This document shows, piece by piece, positions 28,191 through 39,920 of a stretch of 64,000 nt of DNA. Source of the stretch: Octopus vulgaris (lineage: Eukaryota); assembly GCA_951406725.2 (NCBI GenBank), contig OX597822.1, positions 8,742,001 through 8,806,000 on the forward strand, given 5' to 3'. The notes under the pieces were generated by a model. That model was given only the letters and a program-made list of their open reading frames with translations, was not told the DNA's origin and ran no database searches. The translations under genes were made by a program, and so were the position numbers. How positions within the stretch are numbered: the first letter of the stretch is position 1; every line of letters starts with the position of its first letter.

Positions 28191-28297
28191 ATTTCTTAGA
28201 CGATGCACCGTTTCATCTACCGTTTAATGGTAAACTAACCTGATTAAATTAAATCAAGCCAATCCACCATAGGCCCTTAGACTCATCAGTAAGAAAT
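28191..28297 (-). ncRNA. Type I hammerhead ribozyme (inverted copy)
   Basis: Reverse complement of 28746-28852. Confidence 0.88.
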
Positions 28298-28745
28298 AGC
28301 CAAATCGGAACAGATATTTTTCACGAGGCATTCCTCTTGCTGCCTCGGCAATATCTGACCTAAAATTTTCAAATCGTCGCACTCGCGCCAAATTTATCGG
28401 CAGCAAATGAACCACCGATTCCGTTACGGAACTAACCAGAAAATTCATAATTAATCAATATAGGGTGGCAAAAAAATTTTGTAGAATTCTTTTGCCACCA
28501 GCGGCCTAGTAGGAAAAAATCAAATAGTCATAAACCATTTTTACGTTCAACATCACAATCAAGGAACGGCCATAATAGGCTATATTGATTAATTATGAAT
28601 TTTCTGGTTAGTTCCGTAACGGAATCGGTGGTTCATTTGCTGCCGATAAATTTGGCGCGAGTGCGACGATTTGAAAATTTTAGGTCAGATATTGCCGAGG
28701 CAGCAAGAGGAATGCCTCGTGAAAAATATCTGTTCCGATTTGGCT

Positions 28746-28852
28746 ATTTCTTACTGATGAGTCTAAGGGCCTATGGTGGATTGGCTTGATTTAATTTAAT
28801 CAGGTTAGTTTACCATTAAACGGTAGATGAAACGGTGCATCGTCTAAGAAAT
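28746..28852 (+). ncRNA. Type I hammerhead ribozyme, GUC cleavage after 28844
   Basis: Stem I atttctta/taagaaat; CTGATGA 28754-28760; stem II gtcta/tagat enclosing a long hairpin; GAAA 28829-28832; stem III cgg-tgca-tcg; TC. Confidence 0.9.
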
Positions 28853-29229
28853 TACAGGGTAAAAGTTTTTCAATTTTCTCCTGGTTTACGGTATTAATGT
28901 TATTTTGCGGTTAAAGCTTTTGGCTGTTATTTCTAGTGGGTGAATGGCCTATTATGGCCGTTCCTTGATTGTGATGTTGAACGTAAAAATGGTTTATGAC
29001 TATTTGATTTTTTCCTACTAGGCCGCTGGTGGCAAAAGAATTCTACAAAATTTTTTTGCCACCCTATATTGATTAATTATGAATTTTCTGGTTAGTTCCG
29101 TAACGGAATCGGTGGTTCATTTGCTGCCGATAAATTTGGCGCGAGTGCGACGATTTGAAAATTTTAGGTCAGATATTGCCGAGGCAGCAAGAGGAATGCC
29201 TCGTGAAAAATATCTGTTCCGATTTGGCT

Positions 29230-29336
29230 ATTTCTTACTGATGAGTCTAAGGGCCTATGGTGGATTGGCTTGATTTAATTTAATCAGGTTAGTTTACCAT
29301 TAAACGGTAGATGAAACGGTGCATCGTCTAAGAAAT
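29230..29336 (+). ncRNA. Type I hammerhead ribozyme, GUC cleavage after 29328
   Basis: Same sequence as 28746-28852, shifted by 484 bp. Confidence 0.9.
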
Positions 29337-29556
29337 TACAGGGTAAAAGTTTTTCAATTTTCTCCTGGTTTACGGTATTAATGTTATTTTGCGGTTAAAG
29401 CTTTTGGCTGTTATTTCTAGTGGGTGAATGGCCTATTATGGCCGTTCCTTGATTGTGATGTTGAACGTAAAAATGGTTTATGACTATTTGATTTTTTCCT
29501 ACTAGGCCGCTGGTGGCAAAAGAATTCTACAAAATTTTTTTGCCACCCTATATTGA

Positions 29557-29593
<37 letters not shown>

Positions 29594-29700
29594 AACACTT
29601 GTGATGGGAAAACTCAGCCTTCACTAGTTGCTTAGTCATATCTCCCCATCTATTCAGCAACTCGTTAATATTCACTTTCGCTTGTACTGTTTACTTTTAT

Positions 29701-29748
<48 letters not shown>

Positions 29749-30007
29749 TCTCTCTCTTCTCTATCTAGCAAGTGCTAATGACTGTGTCGGTAACCACTAT
29801 TGCAAACAAGGCATTTGGGGAAAATTCCTGCGGAGATGAGGACTGTGAGTATTCTTCTATAAAAACGGATTAAAACACTAAATTAGAACAGAGATGCTGA
29901 AAATTCTGGCAGACTTGAGTCACTGATTTTTCATTGGAATAAAAGTCGCAAACGACACAATGAACGACGCAGATACAAGTTGCATCTAATATATCACAGT
30001 GATTAAG

Positions 30008-30210
30008 GCAGTGAGCTGAAAGAATTGTTAGCATTTCGAGTAAAATGCTTAATGGCATTTCGTCCGTTATGAGTTCAAATTCCGCCATGGTCGACATCGC
30101 GTTTCAGCTTTCAGGATCGGTAAAAAAAGAGCCAGTTGAACAGCGGGGTCGATGTAATTGACTTGACTCCTCCCCTGAACTTGATGGCCTTTTGCCAAAA
30201 TATTGAAATC
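30008..30210 (+). mobile_element. SINE family B, diverged
   Basis: ggcagtgagctg..aaatgctta..gagttcaaattccgcc..ggggtcgatgtaattgact. Confidence 0.72.
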
Positions 30211-32914
30211 AATATATAATAATGATCTCTTTCCTGTATTCTCTCCAATATTCTGTCTCAGCTTTACATCTATATTTACCAGTGTCTGTATTTCTCCATC
30301 TTCCTACATACCAAAACTTTCACTTGTTACGTTGCAGCTACTTTTTTTTCTTCTACAATAATTACGTCACATTTTATTTCTGCCGTCGATTCTTACATCC
30401 TCCTACGCTGACTACTTTACATCCATTTATGTTGCATTCTTCCTTTCTCCTTCCCACGAAAAAAAAAAGAAGGAAAATTACATCCAAATAGTAGGATTAA
30501 TGTTTATAAAATTGTTACCAGAACTCATTTATCGCAAACAGAAAAGAGGAAACAGAAATGTAATGCTCCGTTTTTATCTGTTTCTCCTGCTTTTGTTCGT
30601 GTATACTTGTTAATTTTTTCGCATCATAACTACTCATGTCTTTATAATGTTTCATGTTATAAATTATCCTGTTTATCATACACTTGTTTTATTAGTTTTG
30701 TTCCGTATCTGGTACTACTGTTTCTGTATTTATATTGTTATTTTCGAGTTTCGTCTCCAAAAGTTGCTTGCCCGCCATTGCTCTTTTTTTTTCTTTACCG
30801 CATCTTTGAAGTCATAAAAAAATACTTTTCTGTCTGCATTCACATATTTCGTAGAAATCGAAACTTGGAATCGTAACTGAAATCTTTGTTCTCTTCTTTT
30901 TGCTAAGAAAATGGAAAGTTGTTTGGAAAATTTACATTAAATTAATGTTTTATCAAAAAATCCACTATAAAATACATTATCATTTAGCATCTATTAGCAG
31001 ATTTCAAGAAATCTCTTAAAGATCGGTTCTGCAAATTTGTTTACTTGAAACATTTTAACATTATTTTTAGAAAATGAAATAACGTAAGATATATACTGAT
31101 ATAGAAATGTTTTCTAAAATATGTTCATAACAAATATTTCAAAAACGTAATTTCATAACATTTCAATTGTTTGCCAAATCACATTGTATTAAAATTTCAA
31201 ACTTTTCTTCTTTTTCAGCAAATAATTGTCTTTGTCTATTCCAGACAATCTAAAGGAATGGAATGTACATCCAGAACGAATAGATATTCTTACAGGCAAA
31301 TACTTCAATTCCGCTTTCATATATATTTTTCATTTACAGCATATTTAGGTTCTATACATATTCTTCGGGTTCAATGAGATAATAAGTTTATTGTCATAGC
31401 TCAATCCGATGGATCCATTTATCTGTTGGAGATATAGGCGTCGATGGATTGATGATTGGGATTTTTAATATATTTAAGTTACGCAGATGGGAAATGATTA
31501 CAAATGCGATTGAGAAAATTGTAATGGTGACAAACCTATAAAATTGATTAGTTAATGTGGCATTTCAAGCACTGTGAGATTCAATTTCTCCTGAATTTCA
31601 CAATTACGCAATCTTAAGATTATTATTGCAGGAACATTTCAATTTTACTCACTTTATATTTCAAGCACGTCCAAATTCAATGAACAGGTCAATGGATATT
31701 AGTTGTTCTATGATCCAAACTCGTAGGAACAGTAGCTAAATGGAGATTTCAGAAATTTAATTATTTCTAATGACAGGTAGGCAATCGAGTAACAGCATCG
31801 TTAGAACATCGGAGAAATACCTAGCAGTAATTGTTCCTAAAGTTTGCGTTCTGAGTTGAAATCCAGCCGAGGTCAGCATTGATTTCATTCTTCCATGTCC
31901 GATAAAAATCGTAACAGCTAATAGCATTGCTCTCTATCACTTACTCTCATAACCTCTTACCTAGCATTTACGTTAATAGTTGGATTAATGTATTTTCGTT
32001 TGATTTTTACTTGTGCTGTCAATTTTCACTGAAACACAGATACGTAATATTCACTTACCAATGTTACTCTTATTACACTGAGGCATGTGAATCTCGTACG
32101 GACTCCTCATAGCTCCTCTTGCCTCCAAGAAATAGAAGACTCAAAAGCCTGTTCAAATATTTCATAGAAATCGAGTGTGGCCAGACAAATTCTCTATACC
32201 ATTATACAGTTTAAAATATATGATACGCAAGAAAATTGTCACTTGATCGGCGTGAAATGAACGTAACAATGTCGGTACTATTCCATGGAACATATTTCCA
32301 TCGATCCATTTGGTTTCACAAACTGCCTGAAAGAGCATCCTTATCACCCTTAAAATGTACTTGATATATGAATAACAGTACATAAACTTCTTTAAAATAG
32401 TTCGGTCATGACTGAAACACAAACTGAACATAGAGGCTTTGAATCTAGATAAAGGTAGGTCTAAATAATAACAGCTAATTTCTCATTTAGTATGCTTAGT
32501 TCATCTAAAATTATCAAATCCAATACATTTGTTCCTATTCCTTAGGCGTTTTCAATGGTTATAATTATATCGCAGTGTCCTCCATCCCTGCGGCATTATT
32601 GCTAGTTTTACAAATGGTGTTCTATGAAGTTATAAAACAATATAAATCCTATTCTTTCTAGGTATCCCTTGCTGGCATAGAAATTAAACAATCTGATTAA
32701 ACCAGCAATTCTACATAGAAAGTAGTGATACCCAATTTCAAAGGGAATGTGTAATAACTATAACCAAACTAATAACAAATGCAAGACAATACAAACTTAC
32801 AAATCCATTGGTATTTACGGAATGAATAATACTAATCTACATTCATTCTTATTCCGCCTAGTTTCTTACGGTATCTGAATTCTAAACTTCCTCAGACAAA
32901 ATTTTCTAATTTTC

Positions 32915-33074
32915 TGCACGTGTGGTTGCGTGGTAAGTAGCTTGCTTACCAGTCACATGGTTCCGTGTTAAGTGCCACTTCATGGCACCTTGGTCATGTG
33001 TCTTCTATTATATCCTCTGGCCGACCAAAGCCTTGTGAGTGGATTTGGTAGACATAAACTAAAAGAAGCCAGTC

Positions 33075-33134
<60 letters not shown>

Positions 33135-33332
33135 CTGTCTGTCTGTTTGTCCCCCCCCACCATGGCTTGACAACCGATGCTGGTGTGTGTGTGTTTACGT
33201 CCCCGTAACTTAGCAGCTCGGCAAAAGACAACGCTAGAATAAGTACAGGTTTTACAAAGAATATGTTATAGGGTCGATTTGCTCGACTAGAGAAGGTGCT
33301 CCAGCGTAGCCGCAGTCAAATGACTGAAACAC
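32915..33332 (+). mobile_element. SINE family A, diverged
   Basis: gtggtaagtagcttgct..gtgagtggatttggtagac..gcagtcaaatgactgaaac. Confidence 0.85.
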
Positions 33333-34204
33333 TCCTGATCTATAAGTGTTCCACTTTTTATTCTTATTTTGTCTGTTGCTACTGCTTGCTTTGCCGTTCT
33401 TATATTTTCGTTCATTTTGTTTTTTAATTGTTCGTGATTAGTCGGTTATTGTTCGATTTGCAAAACATTGTCAAAGTTTTCCTGCATCAGGCCCAAGAAT
33501 TGCTGCGTCAATTACAGTAAATAAGAATACGATTTACTTGTAAAATTTACTCATATTAATGAAAGAGTCCCTGCGTTTAAGCAAGGACTGACAAGATCTA
33601 TAATCAAAGTTTCTATCAGCTCAGCAGAGAAAATGTTTCATAATATGGTATTCGATACACAATACTGAAGGAAAAGACGGGATGTGCATGGTTGGACCAC
33701 TTTTGAGCATACAGCTGCTCATAAAATACCGAGAGAGGATAGGCATCAACAATGCAGAAAATGTAAATCTCTCTATGTTGTATCTACGGTATTATCCCCT
33801 ATCAGTTTATTTTCGTTGCACATTGAAAATATAAATGTTACCGCATTTCTGGTGTGATATAACTTAGCGGGGAAATTTAGGGAAGGAACTAAGTTAATGA
33901 GATCACCTTCATTTAATTTAATAAGTTTTTCCACTGCATCACTATATCCACTATTAGATCGAGTGAATGTTCCAGGCCTGTGCTATTTCGACGCCTTTTG
34001 GCCAAAGAGCAATGTACAGTGACTATATTTAATAATTAAGAAAATTCGGAAGTTGTTATAGAACTGACATTTGATTGGTTTCTTGGGTAACAAGTCTATA
34101 GTTAATATTTTCAGCAAACGTTATGTTTCAGCCTTTATACATTTAGTTATGAAAGTTACAACACTATTCAGTACATAAGTGTTATTAATATCTTCTGCAC
34201 ATTT

Positions 34205-34392
34205 CCGCCGGGCAAAATGCTTAGCGACATTTCGTCTGCCTTTACGTTGTGAGTTGCAATTCCAGCGAGGTTGACTTTGCCTTTCATTGTTTCGAGAACG
34301 ATAAAATAAGTACCAGTTGCAAACTGGCGTCGATGTAATTGACTTACCCATCCTCCGAAATTAGTGGCCTTATGCCAAAATTTGAAACCAAT
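34205..34392 (+). mobile_element. SINE family B, diverged
   Basis: cgccgggcaaaatgcttagc..gactttgcctttcat..ataagtaccagtt..tgccaaaatttgaaacca. Confidence 0.78.
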
Positions 34393-35642
34393 ATTTCTGC
34401 AAACTTTTGTTACTAATCTTTTGTATTTATAATTAGGTCTTTCTTGTTCAATAAACTTTAAAAATTATACGGTGGCCTTTTGCCGGGTGCACCTCATAGA
34501 TCTGGTGCTGCCGGAGTTTTACTAATCTGCATATGTTTGATGACATCTCAAATAACATGGACATCATAGGATAAGGAAAAGTGCATTAAATCTAGTTTAC
34601 TACAATGTATATCTCATTGTATATATACATGCATACATTTATATATATATATATGTAACTTTGAGAGACAGTATAAAATAAATCACTTGTCTTCATACGA
34701 TTTATATCATATATTTCTGTTGCATAATTCCTATATTCTGAGCAATGTTAATATGAGAGGTTTAGCATAGTTTGTCTGACATATTTTGGTAAACGTATTT
34801 ATAGGAATATTTGACATTCTTATCAGTTTGTTATACCTGTTCACAGTTTTGTGACAAGTTTTGTTTCGTGATAATATTTTCAGAATATATGCACTGATAT
34901 TCTGCATGTCTCTCCTAATAATTCTCCATTTACAAAGTTGGAGAGTATTTAAGCTCTCGGTCTAAATTATTTAATAATCTATTGAATATTTCTTCTTTAA
35001 ATGTTTGTCCACTCTTAACTTAATTTGTTATTTAGAACTATTGCCAAAATACTGCCCTAAGTTATCAATCTTTATCTTTTAATTTCATGTCATATTTTCT
35101 AAATAAATTTGGTTTTCCTTATTCTAGTAATTTCTCTTTGTATACGAAACACAGTATTCGTAAACTTATTTATTTCTAATTTATTGTCTTAGTCTCTTGT
35201 TCCGCGTTATTAACAGAAGTTGTTCATTTTAGAGATCAAGAAAGTGTTTGCTTATATTATATTCTACCACCAACGATGTAAAGAAATTTGTTTACTATTT
35301 CAATACAAATGCCCACTCTTAATTTCCTCATCTCAACCTTCGTTATTATAGTACTGTTTGTGAGAAGAGTAAAACTATCAGAGATTCTGATGAGATGTTT
35401 GGCTTACTCTGAAGAGTTACTCAGATGGAATATTTATCAATTATGGCCGATGGAAAATTTCCTCCTACACCATACTTTCTATGAATTAGTTGATTCTTTG
35501 TAAACATATTTTTAATTTTGTCTCAAAAACACTGTTAGGGTTGTAAATCCAATAGCGTAGACATAGATGTTACAACGGAACAAAATCACGTTTTCATGTT
35601 CATTTCCTTCGTGTAGGTATTACATATTACAACATACGCACT

Positions 35643-35678
<36 letters not shown>

Positions 35679-35749
35679 TGTGTGTGTGTGCGTGCACGTA
35701 TGAATGTATATACAAGTTTTGCGAATGACACGTTGAAGTTGAATTAATC

Positions 35750-36260
35750 TTGGATCAGATGAGATAGGCTGCACGTATTATTAGATTGAAAGATGAACGA
35801 ATTGCTAAGCGACCACAACTTAAACCGAGGAAAAGGTATAAAGAAGGTGTGGCGGAAAACCCGAAGAAAGTAAATATGAACAAGAATGATTGGAAATTAA
35901 AATTCCTGAATCGGAACAATTGGAGAGGTGCTGTTAGAAATGGTTGCAACGCCTGGGATGAAAAGGTAATTCAGTACTTTGAGCTTAAAAGGCTTGTCGC
36001 AAACGAACAATTGGAACTGTAATCTACAGTGAACATTGGATATGTATTATGTATGTTCGTGTGATGTTGTCAAAAGCAGGATACGTGAATCATGGGAATT
36101 CACAAGAAAATGGAAATCCGTAGGTAGGGAATAAACTTGAACAACAGCCTTTTATGACTTGTGTTATATGTCACAGAACTTGTAAGACAATATCTGGACT
36201 TAAAAGACATATGCTAGTTCAAACAAAATCCTTCAGAATCAAATCTCAAAGGGCAAAGAT
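35750..36260 (+). mobile_element. RTE-clade LINE 3' fragment
   Basis: RLKDERIAK..KPRKRYKE..W....NRNNWRGAVRNGC, followed by decayed C2H2-like segments (..MLSKAGYVNH), typical of RTE C-termini. Confidence 0.7.
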
Positions 36261-36483
36261 GTAGGAGAAACTTGAATAATATCTGCTAATTGTGTTTTAA
36301 ACCCTGTCATTCAACAGCTGGTTTTAAATGTCACCTGAGAGATCATTAACGGGGGGATTGTGTTGTGTAGTACATATGTTGATGAGACGGCTAACATCTG
36401 TCAAGATGAAGCAATGATCATTTTTATATATATATATAAATATATATATACGTATATAAACACACATACATATACATACATGA

Positions 36484-36551
<68 letters not shown>

Positions 36552-36749
36552 CAGCACGGACTTTGTCAGTGAACAGGTCGCGGATTTTAGCGACGAAAAT
36601 ATTTTGACAAATTAAACTTAAATGTTGGAGTGAATCGAACGGCTTTTGTGTGTTTCTTAAATGGCTTATAAACACCTCCCACGCTGCAATTGTTTTCGTT
36701 TCAGCACACGATCTCAGATCAAATTACTTGCTATGCGAGTACATCTCCG

Positions 36750-36815
<66 letters not shown>

Positions 36816-36819
<4 letters not shown>

Positions 36820-37202
36820 CGTTATATAATTAGGGTTCAGTAAAATAATTTACGTTACCACACACCGAACTTTTAGAAATAGCAGCCAAAAAATCTTAGC
36901 TATTTCTTCTACTATAAGAAAAATCTCCCAGACAATGCATCTTTCGTTATTTTACCCTCTATACCTGTTTGAATTATTTTTGAGTATGCATTGTCTGGGA
37001 GATTTTTCTTATAGTAGAAGAAATAGCTAAGATTTTTTGGCTGCTATTTCTAAAATTTCGGTGTGTGGTAAAGTAAATTATTTTACTGAACCCTAATTAT
37101 ATAACGTAATGTTTTAAATATACCGTAAATGGTCTTTTTACATACTGAACACTGCTTGGTAAAATTAATTAACAATTAATTAATTTTACCCTTTTATTAT
37201 TG

Positions 37203-37207
<5 letters not shown>
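36816..37207. mobile_element. Fold-back element in (TA)n: 125-bp inverted arms (36816-36940 / 36986-37110) plus a unique 3' end with a terminal hairpin
   Basis: Arms compared by eye (two mismatches seen); perfect hairpin ggtaaaattaattaa-caa-ttaattaattttacc at 37158-37190. Confidence 0.8.
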
Positions 37208-37255
<48 letters not shown>

Positions 37256-37474
37256 AATTAATGCTCATTCATTCACAAAAGAGGTGACCCTAACAGGACA
37301 CGTTACACGATAAAAGGAACAAGGTCTAAACCACGGTTAAGAGTAACTTCGAAGGGGATGAAAATAAAATCATTTTCAATAGTTACCACTTGTACCTAGG
37401 TTTTTTAAATTAATGAACAAATACGATAATTTGTTTTCTGTACTCTTCATCAACAAGGGTGCTAATAATTTAGA

Positions 37475-37640
37475 CAGTGAGAGAAGGTTGGGGCAAAAGA
37501 GTACAACAGGGGTCGCCACCACCCCCTGCCGGAGCCTCTTGGAGCTTTTAGGTATTTTCGCTCAATAAACACATACAACGCCCGGCCTGCGAATCGAAAC
37601 TGCGATCGTCCGACCGCGAGTCCGCTGCCCTAACCACTCT
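37475..37640 (-). mobile_element. SINE family C, partial
   Basis: Reverse complement of agtggttagggcagcggactcgcggtc..ggctccggcagggg. Confidence 0.8.
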
Positions 37641-37642
37641 CT

Positions 37643-37772
<130 letters not shown>

Positions 37773-37821
37773 CATTACATATGCACACACATACATATCT
37801 GTACACACACATTACATACTC

Positions 37822-37859
<38 letters not shown>

Positions 37860-37944
37860 TACATATGCATATATATATGTGAGGGTCTGAAGCTACAGTA
37901 TGCACCTGCAAATGCCCAATCACATATTCATATATGTATATGAG

Positions 37945-38312
37945 TAACTTTTATCTTTTACTTGTTCCCTTCATTAGTCAGTGACCATGCTAGTACTCAG
38001 CCTTGAAGACATTTAGCCGAATGAATCGGCCTCGGTATTTATCATTATTTAATCCTGGTACATTTTCTGCTGGTGCTTTTTTGGGTGAACTGCTAAGTTA
38101 CGAGAGCGTAAACAGGCCACCTACGATTGTCAAGTGGTGGTCGGAAACAAATATAGACCCAAGGAGTCTTTAGGTTTCCATCTACAGAGTATACTTACAA
38201 GATTTTCCTCAGCCCGAGTCTATAATAGAAAACACTTATTACCCAAGGTGCAGTTGAGTAGGACTGAACCCAGTACCATATATTCGGGAAGTAAATTCTT
38301 ACCACGCCTGTG
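37945..38312 (-). mobile_element. SINE family A, old diverged copy
   Basis: cttttacttgtt..gaactgctaagttacg..cccaaggtgc..ggactgaaccc..cttaccac. Confidence 0.65.
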
Positions 38313-39489
38313 CATACGCCCGCTGGTATGTTCTGGTTTTTGGTTTATCAATTCTGATCATGACATTGTACCACAATACAGAATTATCTAGATCTGAATA
38401 TTGTGCATCAGTGAACATTGAGAATCCCTTATATTCGTGCAGGGAAGACGAATATGTTGGTCCCAGTTTCGAGCTCTGAGTTATATATAACAATAAATTA
38501 GAGTTCGTTTTTGATCGCTGTGAATTCATTCTAGCAGAATATTGCTTATGTATTGTATTGGATTATCTTGTCTTGGACTCAGCATGATGTTTTGAACTTA
38601 CAGTTTTAGACTTGTTGAAAGTTAACTGTTTTTTTACATGTGTTTGTACGTATATATATATATATGTGCGTGTGTGTGAGAGTGTGTGTCTGTGCGTATA
38701 TGTATGTGTGTGTATGATCCATTGTCTTATATGTTGCTTTGTACTTAGTTTGCTGTAAATTCATATTATCTCTCCTTTTCTTTTTTCTAACCTATTCAGA
38801 AAGTAGTTTTTATTATTATTTTTTTACGTTTAAAGATTATATCTAAATTCTTTTGTTTTTATACCTACATACGCATTTTTTGTTGCATTTTTTTTGTGTT
38901 ATTTATTTTTGTAAGAATTTGAAAGTGAAAAACCAATCTATTGACTTACTGGTTCATTGCATTTCGTTAGAACTGCGATACATCAGAAGATTCTTCCCAG
39001 CAACCTTAAGACAACTTACACTCCTATGTGAACTGTGTACATTTCTGAATATAGAAACACATAAGAACAACAATAGCATTAACAATAACAGCAAAATTGT
39101 TTCCCACAATAACACGATTAAGAAGAACAAGAAAAAAAAAACTAAAGAAACAGAGAACGAAGACGAAAGAGAAAATGGCGGAAGAGGAGAAGAAAAATAA
39201 GAAAACCAACTTAAAATAACGACAAAAGTAATAATAACACCATAAATAAATTGTAGCTGATATTTTGGCGAGAATATAATACCATTTGATTGTTTACACT
39301 CCCTTTTATCTGTCCATATATCGATTTATTTTCTTCGAGTTTTTATTATTATTAAGATCTATTTTCTTTGTTGCTTTAAAAGAACTTCTCAGTTCTCGCA
39401 TTTCTCTCTCTTCTGTCTTTCTATTCTAATTTACTATTGGAATTATCGTGCAACAGTCATCTCTACTACAACTGCTGATTCTTAGTGTT

Positions 39490-39533
39490 GCAGCTGCTGC
39501 TGCTGCTGCCACTACTACTACTACTACTACTAC

Positions 39534-39564
<31 letters not shown>

Positions 39565-39763
39565 ACTATTACTACCACCACTACTACTACATCTACTACT
39601 GCATCTACTGCTACTGTCATCATCATCATTAATATCACCGTCGTTGTCATCACCATAATCCTCCTCCTCCTCCTCATCATCATCATCATCATCATCAACT
39701 TCATCGTCATCATCATCATCATTATTATTATTGTGGTTTTAGATTTTCTTGATTGAGATGATG

Positions 39764-39808
<45 letters not shown>

Positions 39809-39920
39809 CATTATGATAATAAACCATCATTATCAACTACCATCATTACCACTACCACATCTAATAACATCATCATCATTATCATCATTATCATCATCAT
39901 CATCATCGTCATCATCATGC
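39490..39920. repeat. Compound trinucleotide microsatellite tract
   Basis: (GCT)(ACT)(AAT)(ATC)(ATT) runs. Confidence 0.95.

Larger units (their letters stand above)
28068..29564. mobile_element. Candidate non-LTR retrozyme array: 484-bp unit, one inverted copy (28068-28580) plus two tandem copies (28581-29564), in a (TA)n tract
   Basis: Period of 484 seen directly (tatattgattaattat at 28581, 29065, 29549; atcacaatcaagg at 28068, 28552); one hammerhead per unit. Confidence 0.88.

Noticed and set aside
28595-28789. 64-aa ORF (MNFLVSSVTESVV...) repeated three times
   Set aside because: Its identity only reflects the 484-bp repeat. It has no recognisable domain and overlaps the ribozyme core. 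It lies intact within the predicted monomer, so translation is not excluded, but nothing here supports it.
28068-29564. CRISPR-like array or TIR transposon interpretation
   Set aside because: There are no unique spacers. Units are contiguous 484-bp repeats, and the inverted part is in a permuted register rather than terminal.
35386-35430. Additional CTGATGA/CTGAAGA matches (also 15354, 25258)
   Set aside because: No downstream stem II-GAAA-stem III-NUH arrangement; chance matches.
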